From: Nemertoderma westbladi
Taxonomy: Eukaryota > Animalia > Xenacoelomorpha
DNA: 58,173 nt
Assembly (NCBI GenBank): GCA_032718475.1
Contig: JAUCBJ010005115.1
Location: forward strand, 1-58,173
Direction: 5' to 3'
The position numbers were made by a program, and so were the translations under genes. Shown here one piece after another: positions 1 through 10,897 of this stretch (the first letter of the stretch is position 1; every line of letters begins with the position of its first letter). Below the pieces are notes generated by a model. It ran no database searches. It was not told where the DNA came from and was given only the letters and a program-made list of their open reading frames with translations.

Positions 1-800
1 AATGGTGTGCATTGTAAGAATGACCCGAGGTAGTAAAATGTCTGTAGATGACAGTCGATGGTTTGTCATTAATTATCTTTGTCCTGTAGTTGGCTATCCT
101 AGGCTTTAAGTCCTCTGTTGAACCGATACCAAATAAGTTATATTTAAGGCAAGTCACCACATAAATAACATTTTTAGCATTGCAAGATAAATCATTCTTT
201 ATATAAACCCTGTGGCTTTTGTTAATTGTTGAGCTGACATATTTTAAAGGTAATAATACTTTACAGGGGACACATGCCGCTCTGTCACATTTATGAACTC
301 CTAGAAAATCACTGGATGAAGATTCCCTTGTACACCTCAGTCTGGATGGCGCAAGGATATTCTCTGAGGCTGGTGCGCGGCGAGTTACAACTTATTACAA
401 CTTACAACAATTTATGACTATTCCAAAAAGATTTTGTCATAGAATGTTCATCTAGAATTGTGGAATGTTTTGAAATAATCACCTTGGGGTTAGGTAATAG
501 AGGGTCATTATTGTGTACATAGAAAAGTTGGTTGCTTTTTATTCTTTCTAGGCTTGTCTTTTTTTTCTTTAAGTGCTTGAAACTGCGTACTGACTGCTGC
601 AGAAGCAAATTGTGATACAAATATTATAGTGATGATTATTACTACCTGATACATACGATCTACCTGATACAAATCAGCATGTGGAGGAATTGGGCAAAAC
701 GAAGGTCCTTTCTTGAGCAACAAAATTGCTGGGTCATCGATTTCTATGTCTTCATAGACAACACACACATCGACAGTCGATACATCCAAAGTAATCATAA
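1..800 (-). mobile_element. Penelope-like retroelement fragment, inverted copy (N-terminal segment joined to linker and GIY-YIG; RT core absent)
   Basis: 1-613 is the reverse complement (about 90% identical by eye) of 867-1465. The minus-strand segment at about 640-800 encodes LLLKKGPSFCPIP, resembling the L..GLxFxPTP motif found upstream of PLE reverse transcriptases. Confidence 0.75.
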
Positions 801-1628
801 AACTAGTCTAATAGAGTATGGTTCTGCATTTGTCGCGAGAGGCTGGGATGAGAAAATTTTTGCTCAACAATTTGCTTCTGCAGCAGTCAGTACGCAGTTT
901 CAAGCACTTAAAGTACAAAAAGACAAGCCTAGAAAGAATAAAAAGCAACAACTTTTCAATACACACAATAATGACCCTCTATTACCTAACCCCAAGGTTA
1001 TTATTTCAAAACATTCGGCAATTCTAGATGAACATTCTATGACAAAATCTTTTTGGAATAGTCCTAAATTGGAAGTTGTAACTCGCCGCGCACCAACCTT
1101 AAAGAATATCCTTGCGCCATCCAGACTGAGGTGTACAAGGGAACCTTCATCTAGTGATTTTCTAGGAGTTCATAAATGTGACAGAGCGGCATGTGTCCCC
1201 TGTAAAGTACAGTATTATTACCTTTAAAATATGTCAGCTCTACAACTAATAAATACCACAGGGTTTATATAAATGATTTCTTGCAATGCTAAAAATGTTA
1301 TTTACGTGGTGACTTGCATTAAATGTAACTTATTTGGTATCGGTTCAACAGAGGACTTAAAGCCTAGGATAGCCAACTACAAGACAAAGATAATTAACGA
1401 CAAACCATCGACTGCCATCGACATACATTTTACTAACTCGGGTCATTCTTACAACGCACACCATTTGATTGTCTACCAATCTCAGCAAACAAAAAACTGA
1501 ACCGACAAAAACTCAGAATTAAAGAGGGAGAATGGCAGTGCCGGTTGGAAACTTTACAACCGATGGGTTTGAATGTTCTCAACGAGGCGGTGATCAATAA
1601 CTTTGGACTTCATGTTTTCAACCCTTAA
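801..1628 (+). mobile_element. Penelope-like retroelement 3' part: RT C-terminal region, Cys linker, GIY-YIG endonuclease (degenerate)
   Basis: F.ARGW...QF..A, then RRAPTLKNILAPSRL, KC...C..C, SCNAKNVIYVVTCIKC...GIGST...RIANYK...HF...H. After a frameshift it reads KEGEWQCRLETLQPMGLN, with a stop at 1626-1628. One internal stop and one frameshift. Confidence 0.85.
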
Positions 1629-1853
1629 GAATTATAAAGATTAAAGATTCACAGATTTAATAAACTCATTAGTTGCTAGGGTAGTATTATTATTTGTAGT
1701 GCAATAATTCTAGAATATCGTTTATTTGAGAGAGATATCGAAAGCTAATAATAAAAAAATAAAATTTTTAGTAATTGATCATATAAGTTGTCACCTTTAG
1801 AATTCTTAAAATATTATTATACTAAAACAACTTGATCTCACACCCTACAGTCA

Positions 1854-3042
1854 TGTAAAAGCTTTTGCGGATATAACCAGTCATTTTCTCCGCACTGTAC
1901 CGTGTAGGTGCTTTTAGCGGACATAACTAGCCATTTTACCGTAATTCGCTTAATACTCTAAAGACTGTAACTCAGATGACGAAATCTGTCAGCTGATTTA
2001 ATGCCAGCGTGGAGCTTTCTTTGTTCTTTGTTCGGCTCGCTCGACCAATCAGAGCGATTTTCACTTTGTGTTGACCAGTGCATACAGAAACCCACCCAAT
2101 TCAGTCAGTGTGTATCTTTCTAAGCCCAGAACACCGGCTTAGGATTCTTCTGTACTTCTGTGGAAGTTTCAGACTTTGACCTAAACATCAGAAACATCAG
2201 ATGGCTTTGATTAAAGGAACGTAAAACTATTAACGCAGCACACCGCCACATCGCGGCATTATGCAACTCAATTCAACTACTGAATCATTGCTGAATCATA
2301 CTTCATATCTGAATCGCCACACCGCGGCACTACGCAACGCGATTCAACTACACATACTGACTGTTCACCGCATTATTTGATTCTGTTATTAATTGGTGTT
2401 ACTGTGTTATGTTGGTACATATTGCTGATACATTTAGAGAATACCGATGAATAATCATAAAACCCTCAATCTCTTTGATTACTAAAGGTTAGAGGAACAG
2501 GTTTACCAGTAGCAACTGCGACTTACATTATAGTGGTTTTTGTGTGAATTGAATGCTATTTAATAATCCCTACATGTGTCAGTTGCGATCCTCCTTATAT
2601 ATGATCAAATTCAGTGACGGTCGGCAGATCAGTGCGCAGTAGTGTGAAGTAGTGTGAAGTCGTGTGAGGTAGTGTGAAGGTTAATAAAGCATCTCCTAAA
2701 GAATGCGCCTTTTACGAAACTCAGTAGCCATCCAGTTGTGATTAGTATAAGTCATAACTCTGTTTTCATACTTAAAGCGCCACGTCCTAAAGGAACTGTT
2801 AATATTTCCCCGAAAGTAAATATATTGTCAGAGATTATATATTAACGATCAATCGAATAATACAGTAGGTCTACACTGCAATCACTATCAAAGCATCCGA
2901 ATCCAGTCTCCCTTAACTGTGGGTGAATGGTCGCGCACAGGCTGGCTTCGGCTGATGTACCTTCAGTACATTAAATAATTGATATACAAAAAGACACCTA
3001 AAATTGGCAGGTTAAACTGCTAAAGGTCTAAAAGCGCGAACA
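1854..3042 (+). repeat. 5' LTR (1189 bp)
   Basis: Direct repeat of 12540-13769 with roughly 25-30 substitutions plus a few indels by eye. Contains CCAAT (about 2045), a (GTAGTGTGAA)x4 repeat (about 2639-2679) and AATAAA (2683). Confidence 0.95.
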
Positions 3043-3054
3043 TTAATAGTTTTA
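3043..3054 (+). promoter_or_regulatory. Non-tRNA primer-binding-site position; candidate self-priming PBS
   Basis: TTAATAGTTTTA directly follows the LTR, with no TGG. It is the exact reverse complement of TAAAACTATTAA at 2222-2233 inside the LTR. Confidence 0.55.
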
Positions 3055-4276
3055 TTCTTGATTGCACGTAGGCAATAAATTCGAATGTACCGGTCGGACG
3101 GTAAACTGTAGGCCTAACTGCCTAAACACCCGAAACCGGTACTTACAGGTACCAGTATTAGATCGATTGTGATATATTGTATATTGTAGGCTATTAGGGG
3201 ATTAGGGATTGATCACCCCTTCTTCCTTTGTATGGTTTACGTATTTCTGTCAGTTATATTTCTGCCAGCGTTTGGTTTGTATTTTGTTTGTGTAGTCTGT
3301 ACGGGTAGCGTAATATTTATTATTCAGAGTTATGCGATTATTCGCAACATACACAACCCCAAGTTTATTCCTACAGTAATTGTGCTTGTTATACATACCG
3401 TTATAGTTAAATTAACCCCGGTACTACATCAGGGCTGTTTGGCGTAGGTAAAGACTGGTGATTTTATGCTCTAGTCACTCCAGCAGATACCGTGGTTCTT
3501 TTAGCTGTACAAGTATTTTTAACTGCTGGTTATTTGTTCTATAAGTACTTGTACCTAATTTAGGGTTTAGTGTACAGTGCTTTCCGAAGGTAATTACTGT
3601 GTAGGCAGTATATTTGTGTTGTAAAGTGGTTAATAGGCACGTTAGCTATGGTTGGCTGCGGTAATTAACTTCTAGGTAGGGACATTCCGGGTACATAATG
3701 TAGTACTTATAGAGCTGTAAAGCTAGAGACTATAAGTCGTCAGACGGTGGTAATTTCTTATCTAGACGACGCAATATATTTACTACTGCTTTATTATTTT
3801 CAAATACCGTAGTTTCCTGTCCGTTTGTAAGAACCAGAAATTCTAACCCCTTATTAGGCTGGTTTGTAGATTTCCTGTAAAATTACCCCTAAAAATTTGT
3901 ACGTGTAACTTTTGTGTTTATATAGAGATTGTAATCTCACACAGTAATTGTACGTAATTTGTAGTAATAAGTAACTTAGTAAATTATAATTATTTGTTTT
4001 AGTGTCCAATAAGTAGCACTCCACTGAGAGCGTTCAGCTTCTGTGAAGTGACTCCTTACCTAGAAATAATAACATTTATTTCAAATATTGTTACAAAAAC
4101 CCATTAAATGGGTATATATATATTATAAATCAACTCAAGCCGATTTATAAAATAGTAGGCCTGTCATCCATCAATTAGGTCTTAATATCAGTTGGACTAC
4201 TGCTTAAATAACGGTAATAAAGTAACGTAAAGTAACCCTAAAATTCAGAAATTCAGTTATTATAAAATAATTGACA

Positions 4277-4530
4277 TACCGGTATTTACGATAGGCTTAT
4301 TATATTTATTTCTATAAATTTAAGCTGAAATTATATACCGGTATTCTGTAATTAATTCTAGTCTATAATTATACTTATATATACTATAGGTGTATACTGT
4401 ATACCGGTATTCACAATAGGCTTATTATATATTTATATATATTTGCGCTGAAATTATATACCAGTATTCTGTGACGAACCCTAGTCTGTAATAATACTTA
4501 TATATATACTATAAGTGTATACCGGTATTC
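4277..4530 (+). repeat. Two-copy tandem duplication (about 125 bp) in the LTR-element leader
   Basis: taccggtatt...ataggcttattatat...gctgaaattatatacc..tattctgt...ctagtct...tatactata..tgtatac occurs twice. Confidence 0.75.
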
Positions 4531-4670
4531 TAATATATTATATATATTGCGTTACATTGAGTAACGGTATTGGCAATTAATTACTAGGCTTACAGTTACA
4601 GTTGATACTGAATTACTAGACTTGCTTTAACTGTCGTTATAGTAGTAGGCATTCAACTGTACAATCCAAC

Positions 4671-6716
4671 ATGTCTGACACAAAACAAACACTGTCAGAT
4701 AGTCTCTTAGAAAGTGTTAGAATAAGTATTAGACTTAGACAGCGTATTAAAAGGATCTGTGACCAAGATCAAAGTATAGAACATCCCAGACCAAAGTACA
4801 AGTCCCCTCCTACTGTAAGAAAGGTCATCCCTCCAGTAGTAGTATCAGACCCTAGGCTAGTAAAGCACCATAGGTCTATCATAGGCACTAGGGCTCAAGT
4901 TAAGCGGGACCAAGAGGCAGCTGTTAAACAGCAGCAGCACCCGAAACGAGAACTTATTTCCCAGCGGCCCGAAAACTCCAGTAGTTCAGACACTCTAGAG
5001 TTGACACCCGAAATCGGAGCAAGGATGACAGAAGCGGTTTCTCCAGATCCACTTCTCATTCTTCCTGAAGCCATCCTCACTAGAGTATTGATTGCGGTGG
5101 AGGAACACCAAATTGATTGGGCATGAAGTAAGCGATCGACCAAGGACAGTTATGCGGGATACACAATAGAGGAACTGAAGTCTATTGTCGAGACGCAATG
5201 GAACTTCCCCGGACCCGGACTCCCGTTTAACTTGTCGGAAGCTGCCTGGGAAGACTTATACAGGATGGGAGTGGTAAAGGACACTAGAGATCCAGCTGTG
5301 TGGAAGAGGTCGGCAGCAGGATATGTACAGGGATTCTTCAGCTCTTTGGAGCGATTGGAGGAACAACTGTTTCAACAACCCCAAGGACCTCAAGAGCAGG
5401 GAGAACTGCTTTATCAAGTTCGAGAAAGAATTCTAAGAATCAGACTAATCCTATCGGCCTTTGAGGAAGCTTCGAAAAGAAGCCAAGACACGTCGTTGCA
5501 AGTTGCCGTAAAGACTTGGTTCCAGCGGGTGGGTCTCAAAGTTCAAAGAACGGCCCAGTGGAAATTTCAGCTGGCTGAGCGCTCAACCCACGGAGAATCA
5601 ACAGACGCTACCTTTTCTCAAGTGGAAAGCGAAGCGACAGCAGAGAAACCTCAGAAGAAGGACGCTATTGACATATATCTGTCAGACTATCAACGATTTC
5701 TAGGTGACGAAGAGTTGAGGAGACGGCTGGCTGGACTTCGTCCTAATAGTGAAGGAGCCAAGTTTGTGTTGGACGCAATAGATGCGGAAAGGTTAGAAGC
5801 GGATCGAGCTAAATTTGATGAAAGAATCCGCATCGTTAGGGAACAGGAAGAACAATTAAAGAAAAAACAAATAGAAAACAGAAAGGCAGCAACAGCAGCA
5901 GCGGCAGAAGTGAAAAGTAAAGCTGCAGCAGCAGAAGCCGAAAGAACTGCGGCGGAGGCAGTGGTAGAAGCAGAACGGAAGGCATCTGAAGAGACAACCC
6001 AACTAGAGTTGGAAAATCTTCAAGAGAAGCAAGACTACTAAATAAACAGATAACAGCTAGTCAGATGCAGCTGATAAGTCGATCTACTCCCAAGCGACAG
6101 GGATTTACATCATCTGATGGAGGCGAGACAACAGATACTGAAGGTAGAGGAAATAAATCTCGTTCCAGCGGACGTAGAAGGGCGCTGCACCGGCAGAAAT
6201 TGCCTGATTTGCCTCCAGCCGTGAGAAGGCAACTAGCTAGTGTAGATTTGAGTAATCCTGCGCCTACAGACCAAATTATTAGGGAAGAAAGACTCCCTAC
6301 TATAGTAGATGAGCCTGAAATAATTAGGCCTGTTCTCGAAGCCACTCCCTCTGTGATAGAGACCCCTGTACTTCCAGAACCTAACTCTAAATTCCCTTTG
6401 CACAGTACTAAACTACCTGTGCCCAGTAGAATAGGCCCTGAATCCGCCCCAGTCCTGGACGCCGAGCAAGACATCAACAATTTGTTGCCCGTCGACCCGC
6501 TACTATGTTGCGGCTCCCGCTTCGGCGGTCGAGTGGGTGGATGAGGGACGGCGGGGGATGGATCTCCTGCTCGGGCGGATGCAGGAGACTGTTCACCAGT
6601 TCAAGGGAACAGTAAGGGAAAGTAGGTTAGAGTTGCAAGAAGTGCAGTAGAGTATCGCGTTAGAACGCGATAAATTAGTAAATATACAAAGGGGTATACC
6701 ACCACCCCCTGTAACA
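4671..6716 (+). pseudogene. Degenerate N-terminal part of the Gag ORF (charged, coiled-coil-like and Pro-rich)
   Basis: ORFs 4671-5126 and 5232-6041 share a frame and are separated only by TGA at 5124-5126. A further stop and frameshifts lead through 6065-6544 towards the 6717 ORF. Confidence 0.65.
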
Positions 6717-8663
6717 ATGTGTCAACCTGTTAGGTCTGAAGTATTTCATGCGCAAGGTGTGGAGCCTACACGCATCTATACTTCTAGTGAAATAGAAACT
6801 CCTATAGTAAACCCTATTAATGGTAATTATAAACCTGTTGACAATGATATTCCATATAGACATGATCATAATCCGAGAAATTTATATACCGATAACTCGA
6901 TATTAAATAACACGATGGCCCAAGAAAGTTTTAGCGTCAAATGGCGTCAAATGCCTAGAACCGAAGCCCGTCAAGCGGTAAAGGTGGGAGAGATCGTCAA
7001 GTTCAATGGAGATGAGATGAAATGGTTACCTTTTAATGAATATTACAAAGATAACATACAGAACTCTGTACTATCTAACGGAGAGAAACTAAGATTCCTC
7101 ATCGAGTGCTTGGAAGGACCTCCCAAGTTAATGGCGTTAAAGTTTATTGGACATCCAGATGGATTGAGACTAGTTTGGGATACACTAAACATCAGGTATG
7201 GTAATAGGACTAACATAGCTCGGTATTTGTATGCGAAATTAATGACCGAGAACAGCGGGAAAGACACCGAAAGATCTTATTATGTCAACAAAACTCGGAA
7301 AGACGTAAGTAAATTTAAGTCTCGAACCAGTGACAGAAGAGAACAGGTAACAACTCCTCCCACGTCTCCTAAGAGAATTCATGGAAGAAGGCCCGAGGAA
7401 AGAACAAGCGTGCACCACACAGCACAGGTTAAAGTAAGTAACATCAAGCCCAAATGTGTATTGTGTGACGGGCCCCATCGCTTGAGTGGGTGTGATGAAT
7501 TCTTAAAGAAATCCCTAAAGTATAGACGTGATGTCATGTGGGATAAGCGGTTGTGTTATAATTGTCTCAGACGAGGACACCAATGGCAGACCTGTTACTC
7601 AGATGCTAGGTGTGCTAAGTGCGGCGCGAAACATCATATCTTGCTGCACACAGAATTTGAAAGAACCCGCACAAGTCAGGTAAGTGAGCCCGAACTACAT
7701 GTCCAATTCGGTGATGTGAACGACACTGACCACAGCTCTGAGATGGAAGGATTCTACACAGACGAATTCTCCGATGAAAATGAATCCTGTTATATGACAA
7801 ACACAGCGGTGTATCGAGCACTTACGTATGAGACTGAAACCGATAGCGAGCTCCCCCTAACTATTCCGGACCGACAACCATCTTGGAAAGCGCCAACTTC
7901 CAACGTAGGAATCCGGGAATTTCCCATAGTGCAGTTGAGAGTCCACGGGTTAAAAAAGAGCTATATAGTGAACGCCCTCCTTGACTCTGGCAGCACAGGA
8001 ACATTCATCGACAAAGAACTAGCCGAAGACATCTTTGCTGGACAACCCAAGTTCCGAACTAAGTTGAACCTTTCAGGAATTATGCAGGTTTGGAAATCTA
8101 CAGTAGCTACAGACTACTATGTAGGCGCGTTGTCCACCCCCCAGGATGAACTAGGAGAACACAGTATAAGGTCAGTAAAAATGGTGGCGATAAAGAACTT
8201 CGCTACCAGCCAAGTGGAACCTTATAACTGGGATGAAGACGATTTCACCCAGCAGCATGAGATACCTAGATTCAACATCGACTACCCAGGGGTACAAATA
8301 CTCATCGGCCAAAATGCGCATGAGGCGCTTGAGACATTAGAGAAACGGCCTGCTCAACCGCAACCACTGCAAACCTATGCGGGAAGAACAAGAGTAGGTT
8401 GGTACTTCACTGGACCTTCCCATAGGACACTCATGGAAAGGCTACCCAAAGATCAGGTCCATCAGGTGAGTGAATGGGAAGAAGACATCAGTGAGGGAGA
8501 GACAACCACAACTGAGGGAACACCATACTCTTCAGGTAATGACGATATTAACTCTAATGTAGATCAATGGAGACATTGCCTTGGGACGATTAATCCAGCC
8601 GACATCGCTTCCAGAGGAGCAACTCCTCAAGAACTGATAGATATTCCAGACTGGTTAGGTTGA
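6717..8663 (+). CDS. gag: BEL/Pao Gag-protease polyprotein (DUF1759-like region, three Zn knuckles, aspartic protease) fused to an RNase H C-terminal remnant
   Basis: KFNGDEMKWLPF...F/Y..LSNGEKLRFL; CVLCDGPHRLSGC / CYNCLRRGHQWQTC / CAKCGAKHHILLH; ALLDSGSTGTFI; ILIG; TRVGWYFTGP; QWRHCLGTINPADIASRG. No YxDD-type RT motif. Confidence 0.9.
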   Translation: MCQPVRSEVFHAQGVEPTRIYTSSEIETPIVNPINGNYKPVDNDIPYRHDHNPRNLYTDNSILNNTMAQESFSVKWRQMPRTEARQAVKVGEIVKFNGDEMKWLPFNEYYKDNIQNSVLSNGEKLRFLIECLEGPPKLMALKFIGHPDGLRLVWDTLNIRYGNRTNIARYLYAKLMTENSGKDTERSYYVNKTRKDVSKFKSRTSDRREQVTTPPTSPKRIHGRRPEERTSVHHTAQVKVSNIKPKCVLCDGPHRLSGCDEFLKKSLKYRRDVMWDKRLCYNCLRRGHQWQTCYSDARCAKCGAKHHILLHTEFERTRTSQVSEPELHVQFGDVNDTDHSSEMEGFYTDEFSDENESCYMTNTAVYRALTYETETDSELPLTIPDRQPSWKAPTSNVGIREFPIVQLRVHGLKKSYIVNALLDSGSTGTFIDKELAEDIFAGQPKFRTKLNLSGIMQVWKSTVATDYYVGALSTPQDELGEHSIRSVKMVAIKNFATSQVEPYNWDEDDFTQQHEIPRFNIDYPGVQILIGQNAHEALETLEKRPAQPQPLQTYAGRTRVGWYFTGPSHRTLMERLPKDQVHQVSEWEEDISEGETTTTEGTPYSSGNDDINSNVDQWRHCLGTINPADIASRGATPQELIDIPDWLG

Positions 8664-9200
8664 CCCGACTTCCTAAGTAAAGAAGAGGATGAATGGCCTC
8701 CTCATCTCACCACGGCTGAGATTAGACAAGCCAAGGGAGCGGAGAAAGTCAAACCTAAAACCCGGACGAGTAAATCAAAGTTATTTAAACCCGCGATTGA
8801 TCTGTCTTTACTACACATTTCAGGGGACGACGCTGTGGGTCTAAACTCCCCCGCCGCAAAAAACTCTGTTGTGGAAATCAGAGAAAGAGACTGGAAATCT
8901 GGAACACCAGACGTCTCGCAGGGACTCTCACCTCTCCTACAGGGAGCGATAAACCACTATAGCTCCTGGAATCGGCTTTGTAAGGCCGCCGTGTATTTGA
9001 AGCGATGTTTCTATCGTCACTATTCCAGGACGAAGAGGAAACCTGGAATTGTATTCGAAACACAACAACTCAATCGCCCAGTTGGTCGTTTATGTTTACT
9101 GGAAAGAGACCGAGAACTGTCAGGAAACTATGGAAGGCAAGATACTCTTCCCACGACCACCTCCCTAATCCAACAAACATCTAGGGACTCCCCAACGTAA
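8664..9200 (+). pseudogene. pol: BEL/Pao pol remnant (post-RNase H segment joined to extreme C-terminus; integrase core deleted)
   Basis: Same frame as the 6717 ORF past one TGA (WLG*PDFL...EWP). YSSWNRLCKAAVYLKR then jumps to LNRPVGRLCLLE, the typical Pao pol end. Confidence 0.8.
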
Positions 9201-9704
9201 CAGCGTCTGGAGTGGGTGTGTGACTATATTATTTTATATTTGTTTTTATTATTTTATATTTATGTATGTATTATTATGTAATTTTATTATAATCGTTTTC
9301 TTTAATTTTATTTAGTAGAATGTTATTTGAGCGATTATTTAGTAGATTAGTGCAATATATATTAGTGTTTATTACTTACTTACTTATATTATATTATATA
9401 TTTAGTGCAACGGCGAGAAATAATTCTTTTTCTCTTTCCTTACTGTCCGTATCATATTATAAATACAGTAAGATGAAATGTCCGTACTTATTAAAGTGCA
9501 ATAAAGCTCCTACTATATTCAAGTATTATTGGTAAGTAGAGTATTAGGAATGCAAAGTTCAGATCCTCGTGTCTCAGCTAAACCAAGCTCTGGGTAGACC
9601 TTGGAAACGACTTGCCTCTTCTCACTGACATTGCTTCTTGCAATATTGCAATATTAAATAATACATATAGTAGCGTGATGTCCCTTTAACAGTAGCGTAC
9701 AATG

Positions 9705-10100
9705 CAAATAAATCTGTTAAACCCTTTGACCATCTGTAATTCTAGTCGATTAAGATATCGTGGCACCCACCGATATACTTGAAAGACAAAATTCTAGAAT
9801 CAGTGGTTAACGTCCCCAGACAAGTTCTGGAATAAACCGGTGCCCATCTTAAATATTAACTATTAATATTTATAAAATCTGTCAAACAAATACAATAGAG
9901 TAAATACTTACAAGTTAACTCTAGAAAATCTATAAATTAAAATCTGTTAAATTTTAGATCCTTTAAAATTCTAGTCGATTAAGATATCGTAGCACTTACC
10001 GATACTCTTAAAAGGACAAATTTCCTAGAATCAAGGATCCCAGTCCCCAGACATGCCCTGGAATAAAATTGTGCTTATTCCAACATTAAATAATAAAATT
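9705..10100 (+). repeat. Diverged two-copy direct repeat (period about 230 bp) in the LTR-element 3' internal region
   Basis: aatctgttaa...aattctagtcgattaagatatcgt.gcac..accgata...ctagaatca...gtccccagaca...ctggaataaa occurs near 9711 and near 9941. Confidence 0.8.
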
Positions 10101-10897
10101 TACGGGAATAAATTTAAATTCATCTCTTTTAATGAATTTGATAAATTGTCATTTTTATACAATAATTTATAACATTCCCAAAATTCCATTAATTAATAGA
10201 CCATGGGAGCGGAGATTCACCCTATTAAGTATATTAGCGTGAGAGAATCTCCAATATATAGTCAATAGCCGATAAAATTCATAAAATCATGTATAAGGGG
10301 GAATATTGACAATTAAAGAATTACTATTAAATAGCATCCCAGATCTGTATGCATGAGAATTACCCTAATTCTACTGCTAGCTTTCCATAATGTCACCATG
10401 GCAACAACCACGCTAGAATTAGAAGTGAGTTAAAAGAACAATAAAAGGCTTGCCCCATTGAATAGCATACGGAATAAATAGCGCACTGCTAGAATCCAGG
10501 GATACATAATAATAACGTGGCATTCTGGAAGGCATTTGACTAACGGACAAATGGCCTGAATGTGTACAATTTGTGACAGTTGTGTGGAATTTGTGCGTTT
10601 ATAGGTGAATGTTACTACTAAAGTGTGTTTACAGTAGCGAGTCGCAGTTGTGAAAGTAGCCCTACCTAGGTAGCGCAGTAAGAACCTGAAGTAAATCTAA
10701 GCCCTTGGGATGGACAGTGGAGTGACTCGCGCTGGTATTGTTGTCGTTGTGTAGCTACTACATTGGCGAAAGGCACATCGGCGACAGTACATCAGTGTTG
10801 AGGATCTTGCACTGTCCGGGGGCATTGAGGGGTAGGCAGCAACGACCGCTAGCCTAATTATGATTAATTATAATATCGATAAACTCATATAGCAGCT

